Of a stretch of DNA of 32,000 nt, positions 25,601-32,000 are shown in pieces. Each line of letters opens with the position of its first letter. The first letter of the stretch is position 1. This stretch comes from Gemmata obscuriglobus (lineage in GTDB: Bacteria; Planctomycetota; Planctomycetia; Gemmatales; Gemmataceae), in NCBI RefSeq assembly GCF_008065095.1, contig NZ_CP042911.1:6360001-6392000 (forward strand). The letters are read 5' to 3'. The notes beneath the pieces were generated by a model. It saw nothing but the letters and a program-made list of their open reading frames with translations. It did no database searches and was not told the origin of the DNA. The position numbers were made by a program, and so were the translations under genes.

Positions 25601-26157
25601 TCAACCGAACCCTCTATCCCTTCCACGCTCGTGCTCGTGTCGGCTTCCAGAAGCGTGATCGTGCCGCCGGTCACTTTCACATTCACCGCGATACGGGCGG
25701 TGGCAGGAGCCGACTTCTCTTTCAGGTACTCGGCGAACGCGCCTTCGACGTTCGTGCTCCCCTTTTCGAACGCCACACTGATCGTCGGGTTCTCGACCGT
25801 AAACGCCCCGGGAGCGTTCGGGTCGCGTGCCAGATTTATGAGGGTCTTTTGCGACCGCAGTTTCGCGACGTTCAGGACCGGGCGCCCGGCCTCATCCCTA
25901 ATACTGATGTCACGCAGCTCAACCGGGGCGAACCACCCGAGCGACGCGCCCCCGACCTCGACCGATCCCTTGACATCGGCGAGCGCCTTCCGCGCGATCG
26001 TGTTACGAAGGCTCGTCTTCGCGACGATGGTCGGCGCGAACCACAGCACCAGTATCAGCAGCGTGAACAACGGGAGCAGCCGCTTCAGCCACCGCTTGGA
26101 GCGCGATCGTCTGGCCGCCGGCTGCGGCGCGGGTGGGGGAACGGTCCCGGCGGACAT
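22627..26157 (-). CDS. AsmA/TamB-like giant envelope protein (N-terminal membrane anchor, long beta-rich body, AsmA-like C-terminus)
   Basis: ATG at 26157 follows AGGAGG. The basic stretch plus TM helix reads RRSRSKRWLKRLLPLFTLLILVLWFAPTIVA. About 1100 aa of Gly/Thr/Val/Lys-rich sequence follow without obvious catalytic motifs. The C-terminal block reads ..NGRVHHQNFTMRISGTTFHTSGSVGFDQSLDLVVDVPMP... The family assignment rests on architecture and composition. Confidence 0.65.
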   Translation of the reverse strand: MSAGTVPPPAPQPAARRSRSKRWLKRLLPLFTLLILVLWFAPTIVAKTSLRNTIARKALADVKGSVEVGGASLGWFAPVELRDISIRDEAGRPVLNVAKLRSQKTLINLARDPNAPGAFTVENPTISVAFEKGSTNVEGAFAEYLKEKSAPATARIAVNVKVTGGTITLLEADTSTSVEGIEGSVDVPVTAAEPIAVRFTAATGGLNVDATIGETGTAKVVSKDLKLDTFAPLLKRADPALKLSGTLGTDLKLSWKTDARGRLALAVAGTANGKQLSLSAPWLKGDELRFDSVELPLDVELVGRNLQVRSLDLKCDTGTVSVKGAFDPEQAAENLFNQPGVSIEADVNAAQLLAKLPKLFKLKGGIELHEGRLGVKIASKTDPADGGTVWDGKVSTSALKAAAPGPDGKARPVVWDEPLKVEFVGRYASGRFPTFEKFVCFSEFMSVNAASDSEKLLLSANVLLGRLGTRLKDFMDLDGWTIDGRAFASLAVRRSDGDAFSAEVIVELTDLAVVDQNRKGWREPALKAQLNAKGTRLAAGPVALAGASVKLTAGGDRLEVDLTEPVADLAKLSSGSAGVRLQGQVASWKDRVDVLVGMPVFEFTGTVDAQGKARFSADRVTMDRLQVTLTNPKLERWIALDEPRMSAVGDLVFTRADRVATISNVSVTSDTLQVTKGTLAFELPTTGDPVISGNGQSTVNLNRLGRTVKLYTDPNGPEALHGTGTGPLKFRTAGNVTEFGGSLGVTGFGYGPKNQLVWQEPTLQLEAEGKYDNGTETLVLAVAKAERPGFILSTNGTLAKVTTTGEVKLTGTLRYDWDKLNPLVRKFVGDTFTATGTGSRGFALSGQLEPPGAAAATPPAPKGRPAPKGGPAPKASVPGALAGLSGQGSAGWHTLNALGFDVGTVEVDAKMTSGVVKIERIHTTLAGGKASLEPTIYLGTTPGTVTFTKGAVVDRAKITTGSLGQGGALRFALPAFSGAVQADGEFSAAIEDNLVSLADPNQTAAKGVLLIHRATVGLTPVAAQVANLLGAKDTAMTLANETAVTVQVANGRVHHQNFTMRISGTTFHTSGSVGFDQSLDLVVDVPMPKEFVLLKNNPVLQKAIAGKVLKVPLKGTLTKPELDPKALNAAIAALAREGAKDAGKDLIENEIKKLFPGAAVPSPKGGGFPFPFGKKP

Positions 26158-26311
26158 GTGATACGCCTCCTGCAATCTGGGCGGGCGCAACCCTGCGCGT
26201 TTCATTCCATCGACTAACGTTAGCACGGCGCGCCAGCGTTAGAGAAGTGCGTTCGTGACCGCGAGACGGGAACACGCGGCACAATCGGTACGGTCGCGAG
26301 ACCAAAGATCA

Positions 26312-26359
26312 GGCCCCGCCGGCGCCAAACCGAATCGAGGCTTGGCGCCCGGCGGGGCC
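26312..26359 (-). terminator. Long GC-rich stem-loop downstream of the dienelactone hydrolase gene
   Basis: GGCCCCGCCGGCGCCAA (26312-26328) pairs with TTGGCGCCCGGCGGGGCC (26342-26359). This gives a 17-bp stem with one bulged C and a 13-nt loop. On the minus strand it is followed by a T-containing stretch (tgatctttgg). Confidence 0.45.
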
Positions 26360-26426
26360 GCATCCGGTTACAGGGGGCACAGATTCGACCCCTTGCGCAC
26401 CTGACCTCGATCCCAGGCTCTGGCGA

Positions 26427-27209
26427 TCAACGACCGAGCGTGTCCTTGAACAGTGCGAGCATCTTCTTCCACGAGTCCTCGTCGGCATGCTTGTCGTACT
26501 TCATGCCCTTGATGTTGTGCGCGTCCGCGCCGGGCACCGTGAAGCTGTGGACCACGTCCTTGTAGGCCACGAACTCGTACTTGGTGCCGGCGCCATCGAG
26601 CGCGCCGCGGAAGTCCTTGATCGCCTGCGGCGAGATCAAGGGGTCCGCTTCGCCGTGGCAGATCAGTAGCTTCGGCTTGATCGCCTTGGCCTCGGCCTCG
26701 GTCGGCTTCGGGAGCGCGGCGTGGAACGTCGCAACGGCCTTCAGATCGGCCCCGCTGTAAGCGAGCTGGAGGCAAGTGCTTCCGCCGAAGCAGTACCCGA
26801 TGGCGGCGAGTTTGCCGCCGTCCACGTTGGGCTGCGATTGAAGCTGCTTCAGCCCGGCGTCCGCGCGGCCGCGCCACACCTGCACGTTCGCGCGCACCGC
26901 GCGGGCCATCTTGCCCGAGTCGTCCGGGTGGTTCACCACCTTGCCCTCGCCGTACATGTCGGGCGCGAACGCGACGTAGCCGAGTTCCGCGAGTTGCTTG
27001 CAGCGCCCCTTCGCGTAGTCGTCCAGCCCCCACCACTCGTGGACCACCAGCACCCCGGGCCGCTTTTCCTTGACCGCGTCGTCGAAAGCGAGGAACCCCT
27101 TGAGTTTGACACCCTCGTAGTCGTACTCGACGACCTTCGTAACGACCGCCGCCGGCGACGCGGTCGCGGTCAGAACGAAGGCCGCCAGGGCCGTTACGCT
27201 CCGCAGCAT
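26427..27209 (-). CDS. Dienelactone hydrolase family protein, secreted (signal peptide)
   Basis: ATG at 27209 follows GGGGGAG. The product has PGVLVVHEWWGL, the nucleophile elbow GYCFGG, and the C-terminal ..LICHGEADP...F......H.F pattern typical of DLH-fold hydrolases. Confidence 0.9.
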   Translation of the reverse strand: MLRSVTALAAFVLTATASPAAVVTKVVEYDYEGVKLKGFLAFDDAVKEKRPGVLVVHEWWGLDDYAKGRCKQLAELGYVAFAPDMYGEGKVVNHPDDSGKMARAVRANVQVWRGRADAGLKQLQSQPNVDGGKLAAIGYCFGGSTCLQLAYSGADLKAVATFHAALPKPTEAEAKAIKPKLLICHGEADPLISPQAIKDFRGALDGAGTKYEFVAYKDVVHSFTVPGADAHNIKGMKYDKHADEDSWKKMLALFKDTLGR

Positions 27210-27398
27210 CGTGTGCTCCCCCTAGTTGTCGGGCGAGCCGGTATTGTAGCGACTCGCCCCGCGCGGCAGGGAACTCTGCCGGCCAGCGCGGGCCGCAGAA
27301 CCGGTCGCACTGGCACCTGCCGCAGGGGAGCCGGAGGCCCTTTCGGTGACCAGCGAACGGGTAGCGGAGGGGCAGCGGCGGCCCCAGCGGAACGGGGC

Positions 27399-27875
27399 TC
27401 AGCCCGCGATGTCGCCGGCAAGTTTCGCCAGCACCTCGTGCGTGAGGGCGAAGGCCACCTGCGTGCGACCGCTGGCGGTGCGGGTGGCGGTGAACCGGCG
27501 CACCTCGGCGCGGGCGGTGCCGGACAGCTTCACCTCGTAATACGCGACCTGCTCGCCCTTCTTGGCAGGTGCCGCGCTGCGGAGCACCGCTTCGCCACGC
27601 ACCTCGTCCACTTCCAGCACCTTGAGCGGTTCGAGCAGCCCGACGGCCCGCGCCGCGGTGCGCTCGGCCCACGCCCGCAGGGTCAGCCCCGCGGGCGCAT
27701 CGCCGGTGCGGGCCAGGGCCAGTTCCCACACCAGGGCGGCCAGCGCGTCGGTCTTGTCGGCGGCCATTTGAACGCCCCAGCCCTCGTCCGCGAACGTCTG
27801 GCCGAACGAGTGCCGGCCGGGGCCGGCCGGGCGCCACTCACTTAGCTTTGGCAGCAGCTTTTCGGACAGAGTCAT
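27399..27875 (-). CDS. Hypothetical protein (158 aa), whose start overlaps the 3' end of the SpoVR gene by 38 nt
   Basis: ATG at 27875 follows GGAGGA. The composition looks coding. No motif was recognised. Confidence 0.5.
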   Translation of the reverse strand: MTLSEKLLPKLSEWRPAGPGRHSFGQTFADEGWGVQMAADKTDALAALVWELALARTGDAPAGLTLRAWAERTAARAVGLLEPLKVLEVDEVRGEAVLRSAAPAKKGEQVAYYEVKLSGTARAEVRRFTATRTASGRTQVAFALTHEVLAKLAGDIAG

Positions 27876-29400
27876 CGGATCCTCCGGTTAATTGCGAGGT
27901 GTGTTCGGTACCGTCGAAGCTCAGCACCACGGGTTGGCCGTCGCTGAGCGTTTCCAGGTGAACCGGCCGCGACCACATGTACTGGATGTTGACCAGCACG
28001 TCGCGCGCCTCGTCCACTTTCAAATCTACACCCTGATGTTCGTGCCGCAACATCAGTTCGCCGCGGTTGCGGTGGTTGCCGTCCACCACGTAGATCCACG
28101 GCTTCCCGAAGTTCGTGAGGCCGAACAGCAAGCGCTGCTTGACCTTCTGGAACTCGCGGCTCTCGATCACGTAGTTCTTCGTCGGCTCCTGATAGTTGAA
28201 CGAGAACAGGTTGTGTTCCTTGCAGAACTCTGGGGTCAGAAACGTGTCGATAAAGGTGATGTCGTTGTGAATCTTCCGCACCTCGAAGATCTTCTGTCGC
28301 CCGAGCCCGAGCTGCTTGTCCCAGGTGCGCTTCTTGTCCATGTCCTCGCAGTTCTCCCACTCCGGGCCGAACTGCCCCATGTTCCAGCGCCGCTCGACGT
28401 CCCGCAGCAGTTCGATGCCGACCTTGTACGGGTTGAGCCGCCGCGAGCTGGTCGCCATCGTGCCCGAGTGGTGGTCCGCGTAATCGATCACCTCCGACGG
28501 GTCCAGCACCTTCTGCGTCATGATGGTGCTGTGCCAGAAGCTCGCCCACCCCTCATTAATTATCTTCGTTTGAGCTTGAGGATAAAAATAATAAGCCTCG
28601 TCGCGGACGATGCTCAGCAGGTCGCGCTGCCAGCCCTTCATCGGCGCGTGCTCGATGAGGAACAAAAGCACGTCCTTCTCGGGCCGCTCCGGGAACCGGG
28701 CGGCCTGCGCCGCGGCCGTTTTCTTGGCCTCGTCGTCGGTCCGCAGCGCCTCCGGCGGGTTGATGTAGTCCGACATGTACGGCTTCGCCTTGAACCGCGG
28801 CGCGGCGCGGTCGGCCCCCTCCTCCCCGTCGGCCGGGGCGGTGAAATCGTACCGCGAGTGGTCGTCGCGGCGGCGGATGGCGACCGAGTGGATGTCGATC
28901 AGATCGTCGATGGACATGCACCGGTCCATGAACGCCTCGACCTCGTCCTCGCCGAACCGCTCCACGAAGTGCCGGATGCGGGCGGCGTGGTTCGCGACCT
29001 CGTCCATCATCTTGCGGGACGTGTGCGCGAAGTAGGCGTTGTTCTTGAAAAAATCGCAGTGGCCGTAGACGTGGGCCATCACCAACTTCTGATCCACGGT
29101 GTGGTTGCACCGCATCAGGTAGGCGTAACACGGGTCGTTGTTGATGACCATCTCGTAGATCTTCGAGAGGCCGTACTCGTAGCTCTTTTTCAGCTCCTCG
29201 TACTGCATCCCGAACGACCAGTGCGGGTACCGCGTCGGGAACCCGCCGTAGGCGGCGATCTCGTTCAGGTCGTCGGCGTCCACGACCTCGAAGATGGTCT
29301 CGTAGAAGTCGAGCCCGAACCCCCGCGCGTACCCCTCGATCTCGTCCTTCAAGACGCGCAGGTGCGACGGCAGGTTCGTGTTGTAAAAGCCCAGGTTCAT
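27838..29400 (-). CDS. SpoVR/YcgB family protein
   Basis: The product reads ..GLDFYETIFEVVDADDLNEIAAYGGFPTRYPHWSFGMQYEELKKSYEYGLSKIYEMVINNDPCYAYLM..NHTVDQKLVMAHVYGHCDFFKNN.. ATG at 29400 follows GGGAGGAG. A GTG at 29418 is an alternative start. Confidence 0.9.
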   Translation of the reverse strand: MNLGFYNTNLPSHLRVLKDEIEGYARGFGLDFYETIFEVVDADDLNEIAAYGGFPTRYPHWSFGMQYEELKKSYEYGLSKIYEMVINNDPCYAYLMRCNHTVDQKLVMAHVYGHCDFFKNNAYFAHTSRKMMDEVANHAARIRHFVERFGEDEVEAFMDRCMSIDDLIDIHSVAIRRRDDHSRYDFTAPADGEEGADRAAPRFKAKPYMSDYINPPEALRTDDEAKKTAAAQAARFPERPEKDVLLFLIEHAPMKGWQRDLLSIVRDEAYYFYPQAQTKIINEGWASFWHSTIMTQKVLDPSEVIDYADHHSGTMATSSRRLNPYKVGIELLRDVERRWNMGQFGPEWENCEDMDKKRTWDKQLGLGRQKIFEVRKIHNDITFIDTFLTPEFCKEHNLFSFNYQEPTKNYVIESREFQKVKQRLLFGLTNFGKPWIYVVDGNHRNRGELMLRHEHQGVDLKVDEARDVLVNIQYMWSRPVHLETLSDGQPVVLSFDGTEHTSQLTGGSDDSVRKAAAKAK

Positions 29401-29459
29401 CTCCGACTCCTCCCACACCGGCCCGGCGTACCCGCTCCATCATACACGAACGCGGCGCG

Positions 29460-31865
29460 TCAGTGTTTGGCCGGCGGCTGCCACTTGCCGCCCCAGTCCA
29501 TTTCGAGCTGGCGGAGGAACTGGTCCCACGCGTGCCGGGTCCGGGTGGGCGGGAACGGCACCGGGCGCACCGGCGCCTCCGACCCGGCGCCGGGGACGAG
29601 CGCCACCTCCCCGTTCGGGCGCACCTTGCCCACCCGCACCGGCAGCCAGGCGTGCTGGCTCTCGGGATCGACCTTCACGCGCCCCCTGGGGCCGTCGAAC
29701 TCGGCCCCGCGCACCTTCGCCAGCACCTCCGCGGGCTCGACACTGTTCGCCGCCGCCGCGGCCCGCGCCCACAGGTGAACGCCGGAGTACGCCGCGGCCA
29801 TCATGTCGCTCGCGGGCCGGTCCGGGCCGTACTTCTCGCGGATCTTGCGCACGAACGCCCGGCTCTCCGCCCGGTCGATCGTCTGAAAGTAGCTCGCCAC
29901 CAGGTAGTCGTCGACCAGCGCGTCGGGGTTCAGCCCCCGCACCTCGTTCTCGGTGATGCTGACCGAGACGGTGGGCACCGGCGGGCCGGGGCCGCGCAGC
30001 CCGCGGAAGAACGCGGCGTTCGAGGTGCCGTTGATGGTGTTGATGACCACGTCCGCGTTCCCGAGCCGCACGCGGGCGAGCGCGTCTCGGGCGTCGGTCG
30101 AGCCGAGCGGCAGGAACACCTCCGCCACCACCTCGGCGCCGGCCCCGGTTCGGTTGCGCTCGCCGATCCGGTCGCGGATGATCTGGTGCGCGGTGTGCGG
30201 GAAGATGTAGTCCGAGCCCACCAGCGCGATCCGCTTCTTCTTGAGCCCGTCGATGACGAAATCGACCGCGGGGATGAGCTGCTGGTTCGGGGCCGGACCG
30301 AGGTACACGATGCGCGGCGACTCCTCCAGCCCCTCGTACTGCACCGGGTAGAACAGCAGCCCGCCGTTGCGCTCGACCACGGCCCGGACGGCCTTGCGCG
30401 ACGCGCTGGTCCAGCACCCGAACACCGCCACGCACTTCTCCTCGGTCAGCAGCCGCTCGGCCTGGCGCGCGAACTCGTCCGGGTCGGATTTGCCGTCCAC
30501 CACCACCGCACGGACCGGGCGCCCGTTGACCCCGCCCGCCGCGTTCAGCTCTTCCACGGCGAGCAGGGTCGCGTCGATGACCGGGTTCTCGCTCACCGCC
30601 ATCGTGCCGCTCTGCGAGTGCAGCACGCCGATCACGATCGGCTCGGGTCCCGCCGCGGGCGCGCGGAACAGCTTCCACCCGAGAACGGCGGACAGCGCGA
30701 GCGCCAGCGCGAGTGCGGTCCCCAGCGCGACCGTCTGGCGCCGCCCGCGCCGGTCGGGCGGAACCGGTTCGACCCGCCGCGTCTCGCTCGACCCCGGGAC
30801 GGCGGTGTCGGGCTCCACCTTCACCGGCCGCGGCATCGGAACCGATGGGCCGGACGCGGACATCCCGGCGAGCGCCGCTTCGAGGTCGCACACCACCTCG
30901 GTCGCGGTCTGCACCCGCTCCCCGGGGCGCTTGGCGAGCAGCCGGGTCACGAGGTCCGACACCTCCCGGGGCACGGCCGGGTTCTTCTGCCGCACCGGCT
31001 CCGGGTGCTTGTTCGCCAGGGCCATCATCACCGCCATCGCGGACGGCCCCTTGAACGGCAGCTCTCCGGTGAGCATGAGGTACATCACGCACCCGAGCGC
31101 GAACAGGTCGCCGCGGGCGTCCACCTCGTGCCCGCCGGCCTGCTCGGGGGACATGTAGTTGGGCGTGCCGACGATGAACCCGGTGCTGGTGAGGCTGGTC
31201 TCGTGCAGGGGCTTGCGGGCCAGCCCGAAGTCGAGCAGCTTGGCGCGGACCGCGCACTTCGGGGGCCGGCCGAGCGCGTCGGACGTCTCCCCGCAGGTTT
31301 TCGTCTCCCGGTTGCACTCGACCGCGTCGGTCCGTTCGAGCCAGATGTTCGCCGGCTTGATGTCCCGGTGGATGAGCCCCTGCGCGTGCGCCGCGGCCAG
31401 CCCGGCGGCGGTGTCGCGGGCGATCACGAGGGCGGTCCGCAGGTCGAGGGCGTCCGCCCCCTCGATGCGGGCCTGGAGCGTCTCGCCCACCAGCAGCGGC
31501 ATGACCAGGAACGGCAGCCCGGCCGACTCGCCGACGTGCAGCACGGTGACGGTGTAGTCGGAGGTGATCCCGGCCGCGGCCCGGCCCTCGCGGAGGAACC
31601 GCTCGCGGCTCTCCGGGTCGGCGGCCAGCTCGGGCTTGAGCACCTTGAGCGCGATCGGCCGCCGGAGGCCGAGGTCCTCGGCCGCGAACACGAGCCCCAT
31701 CCCGCCGGCCCCGAGCAGCCGGAGCACGCGGTAATCGGCGAACCGGCCGATCTCGTCCGGGGCCTGGGGCGGGCCGAGAAACGAGTACGGGGAGCGGATG
31801 CGCTCGGTGACGTCGCTCGACGGCACGCGCGGCCAGGTCTGCTCGGTCGAGTCCGGGTCGGTCAT
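29460..31865 (-). CDS. Ser/Thr protein kinase (Hanks-type) - TM helix - periplasmic UrtA/AmiC-like (type-1 PBP) ligand-binding domain
   Basis: The kinase motifs are LGAGGMGLVF, IALKVL, HRDIKPAN, DFG and GTPNYMSPE (about 30921-31733). The TM helix reads TVALGTALALALALSAVLGWKLF. The ectodomain (about 29463-30644) reads IVIGVLHSQSGTMAVSE..LLAVEELNAAGGV.GR.V..VV.DG.SD...FA...E.LL....V.AVFGCWTSASRKAV..VVE...GLLFYPVQYEG.E.SP.I.Y.G.APNQQ.IPAVD, which closely tracks the urea/amide-binding UrtA/AmiC family pattern. Confidence 0.9.
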   Translation of the reverse strand: MTDPDSTEQTWPRVPSSDVTERIRSPYSFLGPPQAPDEIGRFADYRVLRLLGAGGMGLVFAAEDLGLRRPIALKVLKPELAADPESRERFLREGRAAAGITSDYTVTVLHVGESAGLPFLVMPLLVGETLQARIEGADALDLRTALVIARDTAAGLAAAHAQGLIHRDIKPANIWLERTDAVECNRETKTCGETSDALGRPPKCAVRAKLLDFGLARKPLHETSLTSTGFIVGTPNYMSPEQAGGHEVDARGDLFALGCVMYLMLTGELPFKGPSAMAVMMALANKHPEPVRQKNPAVPREVSDLVTRLLAKRPGERVQTATEVVCDLEAALAGMSASGPSVPMPRPVKVEPDTAVPGSSETRRVEPVPPDRRGRRQTVALGTALALALALSAVLGWKLFRAPAAGPEPIVIGVLHSQSGTMAVSENPVIDATLLAVEELNAAGGVNGRPVRAVVVDGKSDPDEFARQAERLLTEEKCVAVFGCWTSASRKAVRAVVERNGGLLFYPVQYEGLEESPRIVYLGPAPNQQLIPAVDFVIDGLKKKRIALVGSDYIFPHTAHQIIRDRIGERNRTGAGAEVVAEVFLPLGSTDARDALARVRLGNADVVINTINGTSNAAFFRGLRGPGPPVPTVSVSITENEVRGLNPDALVDDYLVASYFQTIDRAESRAFVRKIREKYGPDRPASDMMAAAYSGVHLWARAAAAANSVEPAEVLAKVRGAEFDGPRGRVKVDPESQHAWLPVRVGKVRPNGEVALVPGAGSEAPVRPVPFPPTRTRHAWDQFLRQLEMDWGGKWQPPAKH

Positions 31866-31871
31866 GGGCTT

Positions 31872-32000
31872 CTACTTCTTCGCGAGCGTGACGATCAGCC
31901 CCGACGCCAGCGACAGCGCCGCGCCGAACAGCGCGAGGATCAGGGTCCAGCGGCGCCCGTCCACGAGGTCGGCGTGCTTGATGTGGTCCTGAAGCTGCTG
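31872..32000 (-). CDS. 3' end of an upstream gene encoding a C-terminal transmembrane helix (partial; the rest lies outside the window)
   Basis: The minus-strand frame is open from the window edge: ..QQLQDHIKHADLVDGRRWTLILALFGAALSLASGLIVTLAKK*. TAG lies at 31872-31874, 6 nt before the kinase ATG. The stretch is too short to judge on its own. Confidence 0.3.
   Translation of the reverse strand, partial: QQLQDHIKHADLVDGRRWTLILALFGAALSLASGLIVTLAKK

Overview
This is a high-GC bacterial window, about two-thirds G+C or more by eye. All family calls come from motif recognition by eye; no HMM or BLAST search was possible.

Likely origin: the gene content points to Planctomycetota, Gemmata-like. The markers are a DUF1559/H-X9-DG pseudopilin-like gene with its partner lipoprotein, PSCyt-like modules, a WD40 protein with a helical C-terminal tail, and a secretin next to a giant AsmA-like protein.

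Layout:
- 1-3296 (+): the 3' part of a vanadium-haloperoxidase/PAP2-type gene, a small one-domain ORF, and a ferritin-like protein that carries the same domain.
- 3347-6008 (+): a tightly spaced run of four genes. These are a protealysin-like M4 protease, an emfourin-like inhibitor, a SixA-like histidine phosphatase and an orphan ORF. The run ends in a roughly 85-bp AT-rich tract.
- 6.3-10 kb (-): a decayed mobile region. An IS5-family element sits inside an IS4-family transposase remnant, next to a DUF2924 + large serine recombinase cassette. The recombinase carries an amber codon and a frameshift.
- 10256-12816 (+): a radical-SAM DNA modification/repair gene coupled to a DUF4130/UDG-like gene.
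- 12817-13820: about 1 kb with no convincing gene, lower GC, dispersed repeats and strong hairpins.
- 13.8-18 kb (-): a frame-broken lipoprotein, DUF1559 and WD40 gene.
- 17971-20591: an ISAs1-family element inserted into another ISAs1-family element.
- 20.6-32 kb (-): intact genes. These are a tandem-secretin protein, an AsmA/TamB-like protein of about 1176 aa, dienelactone hydrolase, an unknown ORF, SpoVR, and a Ser/Thr kinase fused to a UrtA/AmiC-like binding domain.

Best candidates for something undescribed:
- the AsmA-like + double-secretin pair
- the haloperoxidase / ferritin-like cluster with its repeated heme-less PSCyt-like module
- the radical-SAM/UDG-like pair, whose UDG motif A looks degenerate
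- the 1-kb structured non-coding block
- the kinase-UrtA / SpoVR / unknown-ORF string
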